Positions 51,872 to 63,905 of a stretch of 64,000 nucleotides of DNA are shown in pieces. The position numbers were made by a program, and so were the translations under genes. Below the pieces are notes generated by a model that was not told the DNA's origin, did no database searches, and worked only from the letters and a program-made list of their open reading frames with translations. Source of the DNA: Lingula anatina (lineage: Eukaryota; Animalia; Brachiopoda); NCBI GenBank assembly GCA_051362555.1, contig CM120646.1, positions 17,174,001-17,238,000 of the forward strand, given 5' to 3'. Numbering within the stretch: position 1 is the first letter of the stretch; every line of letters starts with the position of its first letter.

Positions 51872-54197
51872 CGTATGGAGGGGGCTGATATGAACTAACA
51901 ATTGTCACATTGACCACAATGATGATAATTATAATGGCAATAATTGTAAAGATATTTAGCTTCTGAAAGGACAATTTACAATTTGCGTGTAAAAAAACGA
52001 TTAAGAAAACAATTTGCCAGGTAGCAACGGCTAATGTATGCAGTGCCCTATGGCTTTTATTTCTCTGTACAGCTTCCTTTGAGACTTTTGAAAAGGAATT
52101 TACGGTAAATTTTTAAAGGAGATTTTATAACTGAGATATGAATCTTAGTAGCTTGGTGAAGCTATACTAAATCTCAGCATAAAACAAACTCATAGTAAAT
52201 AAGTTATCTATCTAGGAACGCCCCCGGTCGGCTTCTCAAACAAGACCTCGTATACATCATGTGCTTCAAAGTTAATGATAAGACCATGTTCAGGGACAGG
52301 CGTTGCGCGGGATGAAATGCATATGTACGGCCTCCGGGTTATTGATTGTAATTGCAGATATATACATGTACATCCAAACTGACCCTATTTTTGACAAGGA
52401 ATAAAGTTTCCATTTGATCTACAGCCTACCAACGAAGCTTCTGAGGCTCCGTAGTTACTCCGCTGTCGTGGACACAGCTAGACTCTGGCTCGTATTCTAG
52501 AATGTAATATTTTCGCTAGATTGAATTTGAAATGAACAAAAATGCGAACATGGCAAAAAATACATGCAAAAGAAACGCCCCGCCTCCCCCCCCCCCCCCC
52601 CCCAAATAAATAAGAACTTTTGCAAAAAACAATTCGATTTTCAATTCATATTTTTAAAGGATTTTGTCTCAGCATAGAGTCCCACTCAGAAAATTTGAAG
52701 TAAAACAAAAATTAATACTTCTTGGCACTTATTGGGCAAGCATCGTCAAAATACATGCAAAAAAGATTTTTAAAAACATCACAAATACAATAACTTTTGT
52801 CAAAGTAACTCGATCTTGCTAATTTACGAAATGGAACCTGCCATTAAATCAAACCAAATTGCAAGTTTGGAGTAAAACAAAAACACAGTTTGCAAATAAA
52901 CCTTTGCGATAAATTTTCTTTTTTAAAAAATCACTTTGTTTATGCTAATAACATTCCTTAGGCCTAATCGACAACACGTATCGAAATGCAGGTCAAACTG
53001 CGTTTTGAACCGAGTCATTTATCTTTGCTGATAAAAAACGCCAGCACTAAAAGACCTTACGTAACCTCGTCTGCCATTCAAATAACGCACCCACTCCCTC
53101 TTCATTTGTTAATTCAGTTCGCCTACAACTCGACTTTTTGGGTTGGTTCTGATGTCATTCGCCTTATAATACATATATAATACAAATCAAGCGAAAAACT
53201 AGAATTAGCAATTTTAGTATACATTATTGACACCAGGAAACTTTGCATACTGGGTTGGAAAAAACGAGGCACAGTACATGTAACAGCTAGTGAACTATTT
53301 TCTACTCCCATGGTTTCACTTTGAAATCTGCACGTACTGGTAGGCCATATGGACAATGATAAATGGCATCTGTTTATGATTATTGGAGGGACCAGATTTG
53401 CTCTCCCAAATGCAATTAGAAAGGGAACCATTGAAGATGCAGCAACATGAGAGGATTATTAAAATGGAAAGAGCTTTGTGATTAGTCACATATGTTCTAT
53501 TTTATGTTATGACATTTTTTTTGACAAAAACAAGGACATAAATATCAAATATTCGAATTGCTGTCGGTGACACAAATTTCATCCAAAGACATCAAAACCA
53601 CGATGACAAATAGAAAGGTGAGTATTGATCTAAAACTGCTGTAACACTAAAAATTAATTTTTTACAACTATTTTCTTTTTGGCAGATAAGTCAGTAACTT
53701 ACATTTGAATTGAAATACGCATGATATATTTTATATAAAAAATACATTTAATTTAATTTGTCTTTTTAAATTTAAAATGTTTAATTTAATTTAATTTATA
53801 TTTTTAAATGTAGGCCTAAACGTATTCCTAAATTGCTGGCTGTCTGATAAATAATATGGCGGGCAGACGTCGAGTCTACGGCATTTGAACATCTTTAAGG
53901 ATACTGTAACCTTTTATTGTCATCCAGATACCGAAATTAGTTTTTTGCTTGAATCTAAATATTTAATAATGCATCTATCTTTGTGCTAATGTAAAACATT
54001 GAAAAAAGCCGCGAAAATATAAAATATCACCATTTATATTTTTCCGTTGCAATGTATAAGCATAAGCAACTCAAAGCTTTAATCGTCAATTAAACCTCTT
54101 TCTATTTTGTAGTGAGATAGCAATCGGTATGTGGCGGTACGTCATCACTAAATAAGATTTTATCACGAAAATTGGCAGAGTTGACCAGGAGTGTTGA

Positions 54198-54232
<35 letters not shown>

Positions 54233-57200
54233 TTAAAAAGTTTTTGTTATGGAGTTATGGGCCACTAATTGCAGATTTTCATTAAACAAAGGCATCATTT
54301 TGCTTTATCAACGATAAAATCTGAACTAAGACTTAAGGTTTTGGAGTATTAAATGGTGTCATTACATTGGCGTTAAAACGGTGATAGAGGATGCTCAGGT
54401 AAAAGAGAAATATGAGAAACCGATTTCTCAGTTTTTACCGCAAAATCGTAATTATGACGTCACCCGTAAGATGATATATGTGTAAATGTTAATTAATGTA
54501 GTCACTGAGCACCTAGGATCCATTTATTACCCAAAAAAATGTATGTAAAGCAGTAAATAAGAAGTTTCGGGCGAAGGGTGACAATTAATGCCCGTAAGCT
54601 AACTTTCCGAGACTATTTGGATATCTTCAGATTTAATATTTTCATTTCGGTATGTCGACTCCTCCAGAAAGCCTCCTATTGTGCCCAACGTACTCGTATA
54701 ATCATCTGCTTTTCTTTTCCCTAATTGAAAACAAGAGCATGCATTAATCTGTTAATGTAACTGAATTCAGCAAGATTCCCCGCTGAGTTGGATCGGTTTA
54801 GGTAGAACGATATAGTTTCATTAGGAATGAGCTTTTCAGTCATCTATTTCACATGGTTTTTCATATAAAGGAAACTTTTAAAAATGTTATATCTAAATAT
54901 TAATTGTACGCCCAGATTTGGATTTATAAAATGCCATTTGTTTCAGTAAGTGTGTCACCATATTTTTGGGAGGTGCAGTTATGATAAGCTACAAAAGGAA
55001 CCTCCCTTATCTATGTGGCAAAAGGTCCGAAGTTCAAATTATGGGCCCATTCTATTTCACTATTCTATTTCAATATTATTGTAATGGCCAATTCGCTTGA
55101 TTGAATAATGATACATTGGGGAGCCCCGAAAGTTGGGTGTAAATTGATTTCGGTCAATTTATATCTTTGGTTAATATATCTTCATGAATTTTTGTTGTTG
55201 ATGTTTTAAAATTCAAGTGATGGATGGTAATATCTGGTTTATAACTACTACCTGTAAATCCACAATTACATTTTAAAATGTCCATATTTTTTTAGGGAAC
55301 CAATGCTCGATTCATATGTATTTTAACGTATATGTAAAAGACTTCTAACATAATTTACTGGCGTTATAGACATAAGTACTCAGGGTTTTAGTCCGACTCC
55401 ACGTTCTGTCGACGGATACAAGTCACCGTTACCGCTTCTCCTCCTAAACCACAGGGACCTGTGTCCCCATCTCTTGGAATTAGGTCACATAAATCTCAGC
55501 TTGTTCCCCATGGGTTTTGGTATCTGACGGCGCAATCGCCTAGGCGTGACGCTCATCGCAGCGCACCCTTTTTGAAGATTAAATGCTTTATAATTCCCAC
55601 ACCGAATGAGTTTTGGAAAAAAATATAACAGAAGTTTGACCGAAAATCATATGTTGAGATTTCAAATATGCCTTTGGATTTGACTTTTGATATTCATTTA
55701 GTGTCAAAACAAACGGGCCAAAAAAAATTATTGGTACCGATTTTCAGAAACTACAGAGACTTATGCTTTACATTATGGTGATGAACCACATCATGTGCAC
55801 TTGGGGTCTCTTTTCTTGGAATAACTCTGACCTTCAAAGACAAATGAAATGTTGAATCAAGGTCGTCTGGCTCTATTAAATATATTCCTGGAGAAAAACC
55901 TATATGATCACAGCGGCGACACCGCCGCCAGATATTGCACCACGAAGCTGCACCATTCGGCTGCATTGGGCGCATTCAGCAAAGCGGACTAACTAGTCCG
56001 CGGATCAAATATGGCCGATCCACTTAAATGCTTGTTGCGTAATCCCCTAGGGGAATCTATTCAGCGTCTATTAGGGAATTAATTTTTCATCAACACATCA
56101 CCATTTTTCATTATCACCAGAACTTTAATTTTAGAAAAGTTAACCGGTAGACTCCAGTCCTCGCACGCCATAAGCGTTAAAAAATTATATTTATGAAACT
56201 TCCGATGTCTTGCGTGATTTTTTTTACATTCTAGTTATGCCATGTTAGATACCAGTAAACCAATATATTTCACTCGCCACACTTGTCGCTTGGCTTTTTT
56301 CCCAAGTATTGTATATTTATTTTTTTCTGTCGGTAAACATTTAAGCGACTATCAATCAAAAAGCCAGACAGTTGTATTTACGTAACTTGGCACGTTATCA
56401 TTTATACGCAACAATCTATTCTGCATTAAGAAATGGCTTATCTGTTACTATTGAAAGGCCTTTTAAGGTTCTCTTAAAGAGATAGGAAAGCGACGTTTAA
56501 AAAAACCTTTCTTTTAACGCGAGTGTTACTTTTCGCACCTCCACCTATCCCACGAAATTCTTTGAAAAATAAAAATGATTACCTCGTAGCTCGCACAATC
56601 TGCGCCTACATGACAATAGGGGGTAACAGAAATTTTAAGAATATCAATTTATTAGTTGTTCTCGTGTAAAATTGTTTAGTCTCTATATTATCAATAATAT
56701 CTTTGCAACGAGCTACGTTTTAATCTTAGAGAATTTTATTTAAGCAGTTTTGATACACATCTTGAATATAATGTTAATTAGATCAGCAGACTTATTACTA
56801 ATTAGATCAGAGATAATGCTGTAAATAAAATGGCTGCAACCAGCAGATTTAGCAGTGTTGTCCCCAGTGATTTTGTCAAAAGCAACCCCCACAATCAAAA
56901 TTCTAAATGGCAAATAAATTATGTTATGATATTTTTGTGTAGCTAGGGAAAGATTTCCAAAATAAAAACTCACCCATTGCAGTCTCTTTTGAGGCCAAAG
57001 TCCAAGATGACCGACAATGGACAATGTGTTATATCAAAGGAGACCAGAGCAATAATTAAATAATTAATTAATTAATTAATTAATTAATCAATTAATTAAA
57101 TTTAACAAAAAATAGCGGAACAAAAATCGACTAAAAACCATTGGTTGAAGAAAGCTGCTGAGTTGTGACTGCTGGTGTCAAGAAGCGCTGAGAGTAGCTG

Positions 57201-57446
57201 TGGAAGGGCCGCTGAGAAGACCGCTGCTGTCAAGGGTCGGAGATTGCATGTGCTGTCGCTGCTGCCGTTCCTGGAGATATAATATGGAGATATTGTCCAG
57301 TTAATATACAACAAGTACCTGAGACAAAGGGAGTCAAAATCTCTCTTCAAAAGGAAAGTTCATTAGCAGAAAAAGGGGGAGCTGTCGCTGACGCGGAGTA
57401 ACTACATATCATGGCTTTCTTTTTCTTTTTTCTTTTGCTTTTATAG

Positions 57447-57549
57447 ATGACGGCCAAAGTGTGTAGACGCTGGAAGTGGACAACCGCACTGCTGCTGCTG
57501 CTATTCGGGGTTACATCATTAGTTTACACATTAATGTATCAGTATGCAG
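57447..57549 (+). CDS. GT gene 2, coding exon 1: type II TM anchor (MTAKVCRRWKWTTALLLLLFGVTSLVYTLMYQYA)
   Basis: Acceptor ttttgcttttatag|ATG and donor CAG|GTAAGC (phase 1), in frame with 58378. Confidence 0.88.
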
Positions 57550-58377
57550 GTAAGCGATTGGTGTGGGCATCGTGTGGATATCGTACTTTGATATATTAAC
57601 ATCTTATCCCGAAGAACGTTAACATTTTCAGTTTACCGTGAAGATATCAAGAATTGCTGTTGGAAATATGCATGTGCCTTGAACTTTCTCGAAAAAAATG
57701 TAGAAATATTCGCAACTGGAAATATTTACGGGGAAGCATGAATCAACACATTCTTTTATTAGAATATTCCATCATTTTTAGTGAGAGTTTTAAAGGTGAA
57801 GTAGCTTTTTGGATTTTGGACTTTTCTCTTCAACCGGGACAGCTATCCTTTTTATCTTAATGGTACACGCTGCATCAAATCATACAAAACAGTTCTATGA
57901 ATTTCCCTTAAATGCTTTATTGTTTTTATCTGTTACTACTGGGATAGGTAAAAATAATGATTGCATTTTATTCATCTATAGTTAACTCCTCCTTCACATC
58001 GTGACCCCATTTGCATCTGCATAATATTTATATCAGTTGATATTGGTTGGTGCACCTGTCCTAAGAGTCGAGTTGCCATGCCATAGGTCCTATAGTAGAA
58101 CCCTGTAATGAATTTCCCTGCAAACTTTCTATTACAGAAATGCGTTTCTTAGGACTAGAGAAGTAAAATTAGCTTGGTTGCTACTTTCGAGACATTGAAC
58201 ATTTTTCATATGGCCTTCAATTTGTGAGGGAAAATAGAAATACAGCCCGAAGTCAACAGGTATACTTGTAAGGTATACTGTAAAAAAAAGTTTACAGGAA
58301 AGAACATTGAAGTGATAGCGTCCTGACAACTCGACTGAGACATACTTGAGTGTCTACAAAAATTAGTTTCATTCTAG

Positions 58378-61300
58378 GTGGCCAACTGAATGTTCAGGCC
58401 CCCAACCGGGCTGGAGAGCAAGTTTCTGTTACAATCCCGCTGTCGCTATCTATTGGTAACGCCAGTTTGACCCCATATTCAGCAAAAGAGAAAGTGAGCG
58501 CAAGTCGCAATTTGGGGAATAAAACTGCCGGTGTACTAACCCCCATCCAAACTGGAGAACAAGTTACTGTTACACCGTCCGTGTCGCCACCTGTTGGCAA
58601 CGCCAGTTTGGTCCCATCTTCAGTAAAAGAGAAAGTGAACGCAAGTCGCAATTTGGGGAATAAGACTTCCAATGTTCCAACCCCCCTCCAAGCTGGAGAG
58701 CAAGTTACTGCTACATCGTCAGTGTCGCCACCTATTGGCAACGCCAGTTTGGTCCCATCTTCAGTAAAAGAGAAAGTGAACGCAAGTCGCAATTTGGGGA
58801 ATAAGACTTCCAATGTTCTAACCCCCCTCCAAGCTGGAGAGCAAGTTACTGCTACATCGTCAGTGTCGCCACCTATTGGCAACGCCAGTTTGGTCCCATC
58901 TTCAGTAAAAGAGAAAGTGAACGCAAGTCGCAATTTGGGGAATAAGATGCAACCCCTAAATTCAACTAAGGGGGAAATCACACATTTCGAAAATCAAGGT
59001 TCTCTTTTTGGTTTTACACGCCTTTTGCCAACCGTCATGCCAACAGTTAATGAATCAGTATCACCTGTATCAACATTCATGAAAGAGGACTCGTTAACAA
59101 CACCACATCAACATTTACTCCCCAATCAAAATATTATTAATACATCTTCAGACCTTCTCATGGTGTGGTCGCACTACATCGCAATCCCACAACCTTTAAT
59201 GGATAAAATAGACACGTTTTTCAAGTTGAATCCGGAAAGAAATGTAGTATTTGTGTGTGGCAGTAGTAAATGCAGGGATCAAATAGACGAAAAGTTACGT
59301 GAACACGCGAGAGTACTACGGTTACGGTTGCCTGCGTTGGCAAAGGGTACCCCTCTAGATAATTTTGTTTTTGAATCAGCAATTCTCAAATTGGTCATGG
59401 GGCGTAGATTTCAAGTGCTTGTGCATGAAGTAAGCGTTTTGCTCGCACTGTGGACATTTGGTGGACTGTACATAGATATGCAGTCAATAATGACGTCAAA
59501 GGTACCAGATGAATATTTCAAAGGTGAATGGGTGGGTAATGAAAGTATATTTTCGATATCCAGATTTGAGCGACGCTCTCAGGTCATCAAAAATGCCATG
59601 GGTGTTATTCAGTCGGCTTACAGCGGTCACAATACAAGCCAAATCTTTAAAATGGACATTGATTCAATTTTGTGGAGTTCTAAAGTTCTAAGCCAGTTAA
59701 AAAGTAGAAAAATTGAAGTGGGCCTTAGGGAAGCTGTATCAAACTTTTTGCGAGGTGACCATTATGGGGTATTAACCCATGACCATCGAGCAAAAGATAT
59801 CAGCGCCGAAGATGAGATTCAGACATTAGCAGCGCTACAATTTCTACCTTTTGTCGACCGATTTGTGGACCGTGACACATGGAACGTCACGTGCATAGAG
59901 ACACCTGCACAGACGGACAATGTTGGCATATTTGCCAATGTGACAGAAAACAGTAGAAACAGAAAGCGTGTTAACGAAACAATTACCATATTTCTAAACG
60001 CAAGGTATAACGCCGCTGACCTAATATGGCCTCCAAATGATAATCTTAATCCTTTAATGTTATCGATGTCTTTTGGACCAAGTTCCTGGAAGAAGTTATT
60101 TACTGAGCCAGGCAAATATTACCTGACAGAACATGGCCCTGTAGGAGCTCGTGATGAGAGCACATTGAGAGTTTTGCGAGAAAAGAATATTTCAGTGTAC
60201 ATGTCGGCCTGTTTGACACTTTTGTTGCAAAATAGTAATCCAACTGTGAAACAAGAGAACGTCCTTGTCGTTGACGTTGATCAAAGAGCCTTAGAATTAA
60301 TTGTTCCATACGACATACGAAAAACAGCGATTACTGTTACCTATAACCTGTCAAATTCGATAAAATTTGATAGATTAGCACGCTATGAAACGGCACACCG
60401 TTTAATGGAACAATATTCACGCGCAAAACTGGTGTTAACGTCACGCATCCATTTAGCACTTCCATGCGTTGCCATGGGTATTCCAGTGGTTTTTGTGGAA
60501 ACGGCGGCCTTATCTGAAGGAGGTGGGAATCGATCAGAAGGTTTAACAGAACTTTTTCATACAGTAACTGTGGACAAAATGATGCAATCATACAAAGGGT
60601 TGGCAAACTTTAATTGGAACAAACCAGAAATGAATCCAAATCGTATTTTAAATATGCGCTTCCGCGCAACCCTGTTGCAGGAGGTAAGAAAATTCCCAGC
60701 GTTGCGAGAAACGGCGATTACAATTGGGAGAATACCTTTGAATACCTTCGGTCAATCTAACCCCAATGAAAGCGCTGTGTTGACGTTCTTTCAGGTTTAC
60801 ACAACGGCTGAAGTGACGCCATGGAATCGACGTTCACTCGAGAGTATTTTTTTCCACCATCCCAATGCAAAAGTGCGCATTTTAAGCAATGCACTGTCAC
60901 AAGAAAAGGTTTCTGCTTTCAGTGAAGCAGGCTTCCATGTACAAGTCAGAAACTATACTCTGAGAGGCTTACTAAAGCAAATACAAAATTTGGAACCTCG
61001 CACATTTACAAATCGTTCAGAGGTGTTTTTGAAAAGATTGCCAGTTATTTCAAAGGGATCGTTTTGGTTTAGCCACGAAACTGATTTAATAAGGATAGCA
61101 TTGTTGTATTTATATGGTGGCGTTTATATGGACACTGACGTTATTTTAGTAAAAAGTTTACAGAATTTGTATAATGTAACTGCATGGGAAAACAGAGACC
61201 AGTCCACTCTAAATGGAGCTGTTCTCAAGTTTAATAAGCACAATCCTTTCCTCCGTGAGTGTATTAAAGAATTCTTAGATAACTATCAGCAGAATGTCTG

Positions 61301-61637
61301 GGGAGCGAATGGGCCATTGCTCCTCACTCGCATGGCGAAAAAATATCCCTCGTGGACGTGCAATGTTAGCCGCGTCGAAGACGTACAAAAAGACAAGTCT
61401 TGCGTCGTAAGACGCTTATATCGACAATCATTTTACCCGATGGAGTTTCATGAATTAAAAACGAAGTGTTTCATTAAAAACAGCACGCTTGACCTGCAGC
61501 ATTCGGTGCATTCGGAATCTTTTGCTGTGCATTTGTTTCATCAGATTTCAAAAAGTTATACGGAGACCACAAAGTATGGGACGCTGTGTCGGTACCTACT
61601 TAACAATTTTTGTATTTTCTGCGGAGATTTAGTTTAA
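58378..61637 (+). CDS. GT gene 2, coding exon 2 (spliced protein ~1120 aa): 4x repeated stem + degenerate GT32 + pyruvyl transferase-like domain + GT32 (DTD)
   Basis: Acceptor tttcattctag|GT; paralogue of 46606-49433 with the same motifs, except that NNGDE is replaced by SAEDE. Confidence 0.92.
58410..58946 (+). repeat. Coding tandem repeat: 141-bp (47-aa) unit, ~4 copies
   Basis: Units start at 58410, 58551, 58692 and 58833 (AGEQVTATSSVSPPIGNASLVPSSVKEKVNASRNLGNKTSNVLTPLQ). Gene 1 has a single copy at ~46638. Confidence 0.95.
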
Positions 61638-62587
61638 ATAGTTAGAATGCATGTATAAGACATTTAATGGAGGGTACTGATATAAACCGGTGGCACTATT
61701 TAATAATTGTCACACTGACCACAGTAATGATTATTATAATGGCAATAATTGTAAAGATTTCTTGCTTTTGAAAGCACAGTTTCGAATTTATGTGCAATAT
61801 TTACTACTTAAACGTCTTGCCAGACCAAACTGGGGGTACACTAAAAGTAAGACTGGACCAGTTGATCACTGTTCAAACATTGCGATACAAGGAAAAGTAT
61901 ATTTAAAATATACGAAAAAAATGAAGGTTTGTCCTTTTTTCTGCAATGTTTTTTTTAATGGAGAGCATTTGACGTCTAGGACCTTAATATGAATATAAAA
62001 AGAAAACGGGCGTCCTCATCTCAAACGGTAAAACCGTTTTGCTATTTTCCACGGTGAAAATGCTCTGGAGACACTTCATAACACCAAGTTATAAAAACAC
62101 ACCACGTGCTTGCTTCATAATAGAATACTTTTGCGAGGACAATTCTTTTGAACTGGCAACGCCAGTGAATGCAAAGCACTCTGGCTTTTATGTACAGCCT
62201 CCCCCGAGACTCTTAAAAAGGAATTAAAGGCATATTTTAAGAAGTATTTTAAAAGATTTTATAACTGAGATATGAATCAAATTGCTTTAACCGATTTTCT
62301 CATTTTCTTTAACTTATATGCTACCTTGTTACTATTATTGAGCATATTTGAATTTCAAAACTATAAATTATTATTATTATTGTTTATATACACCTCAGCT
62401 TTTTAGAATGTATACTGCAAAGAATTTAACAAAGGAAGTAAATAATATACTCAAGTTTATTGCATAATAATAAAGGTGTATAATCTTCACCTCCAGTTAT
62501 TTCTATGAATCATTTCAGTAATGTGTGTGAAATACATATGTTAAGTGCTGTATGACAGGAAAGTAATGGAAAAATTAATTCTAAACT

Positions 62588-62703
62588 CTGGAAAGACTGC
62601 CCGAAAAATTTATCCAACTGGTGTCATCTGACTCAAGGGGGTTAGTGCCCTTCTGCCCGCTGATGACACCAGTTAGACTGATCTTCGGGCTCAGTTGGTC
62701 CAG
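62588..62703. repeat. Imperfect hairpin (~115 nt), probably MITE-derived
   Basis: gcccgaa...aactggtgtcatc pairs with gatgacaccagtt...ttcgggc. Confidence 0.6.
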
Positions 62704-63291
62704 TCTGAACACAGGTTAACTAAAACCTAACTTAACATATTTCAAAGATACTTAAAACTATTCTACTTTTCATAAAAAAGTGCTGAATTCCAATAAATAT
62801 GTTAATATGACTAGCAGGGATACAACCGATATCAGTATGATAACCCAGTTTGCTAGGATAATTTAACAATATTTGAGGTGCAAACTGAGTGTCACTGTCA
62901 CCATGGGCATATTCAAAAGTAATATAATTTAAAATGAGTCAATCTGGAAGAGGATAATATCCCATGGAATAAGGTCTTCTCTCTGATTTAAGCTTATCCC
63001 TGAAAAAGTTGATACCACACCTGTAATCTGCTAAGCAGATATATTATGACAGAGGGCCATCCTTTGGGGGGGGGGATTAAAAAGAGATTATTAAATCCCT
63101 TCCAAAACAATTAGATAATCTTGTAAGACCATTAAATCCACTCATAATTTCAATTAGTTCACATTAAGAATGCACCCACATTTCCCATCACTTTCCCTCT
63201 TTGTTAAAATCAGTACATGATCAGTGCAAGCAATATATCCCCCAGTTAGCCTCATTATCATTATATCTGGACATCTAATAATGACTCATAA

Positions 63292-63515
63292 GGGTGCATT
63301 CCCAGAGATTTAGATCGATCAGAGATTTAGATTTAGATCGACCTATCTCCCTGGGGGTTCACGCTAAATTGCAGTCAGCCGAGCACGCACCATAGTTAAT
63401 TACCCCCTTACAGCTTTTAGTAGGCGGGACTGATGCTTAAGCTGGCTAAGCTGACAGTAATCTAGTGAGACTCCCCACAGGGATAGATCGATCTAAAATC
63501 TATGGGCATGGGGTC
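63292..63515. mobile_element. Old palindromic MITE, Harbinger-like
   Basis: Degenerate inverted arms (cccagagatttagatcgatc / gatcgatctaaaatctatggg) with TAA on both flanks. Confidence 0.6.
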
Positions 63516-63851
63516 TAAGACATCTTACCAGAAATCCTTCATGACTTAATCAGCACATTAACCAAGTTAACTTTTTTTACATTGTCTACTTTAATTTTAC
63601 ATGCATATGAATATATATGAAAGCACCTAATGTATTAAATTATCTCTTAACATTATGTCATTACATATAAGCTTTAATCACTATAATTTGGCACTATTAT
63701 AAACAGTCAAATGTCTATAGAGGCTATAAGAGGTAATGTATAAAATAAACTATATTTTGCCTTAGCAGCAACTATCTACATAAACATGATTGCGTTTAAG
63801 TACAATGACCTATAATGAACATTTTGGCCATGTTCTGATTGGTGTGTCCAA

Positions 63852-63905
63852 TCATATTTCTGGTCCATTAAAAATTGTCCTAAAAGGATGCTCTACCATC
63901 AGGGC
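63852..63905 (-). CDS. Possible last coding exon of a minus-strand gene entering from the right edge
   Basis: Acceptor tctctctctgtttcaag| at 63905, short frames ending in stops (ALMVEHPFRTIFNGPEI* or PDGRASF*), minus-strand AATAAA at 62456-61, and CpG depletion resuming after ~62.3 kb. Confidence 0.3.
   Translation of the reverse strand, partial: ALMVEHPFRTIFNGPEI

Larger units (their letters stand above)
41285..52144 (+). repeat. Tandem segmental duplication, copy A (contains glycosyltransferase gene 1)
   Basis: Colinear non-coding matches to copy B: 41285-41900 vs 52959-53540; 42150-42480 vs 54920-55260; 43932-44320 vs 56528-56955; 51885-52144 vs 61665-62278. Confidence 0.9.
52959..62278 (+). 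repeat. Tandem segmental duplication, copy B (contains glycosyltransferase gene 2)
   Basis: Same colinear matches as listed for copy A. Confidence 0.9.

Noticed and set aside
58394-58981. 195-aa antisense ORF (also 46481-46786, 47615-47911, 59819-60115)
   Set aside because: Shadow frames of the sense CDS, lengthened by the stop-free 141-bp repeat.
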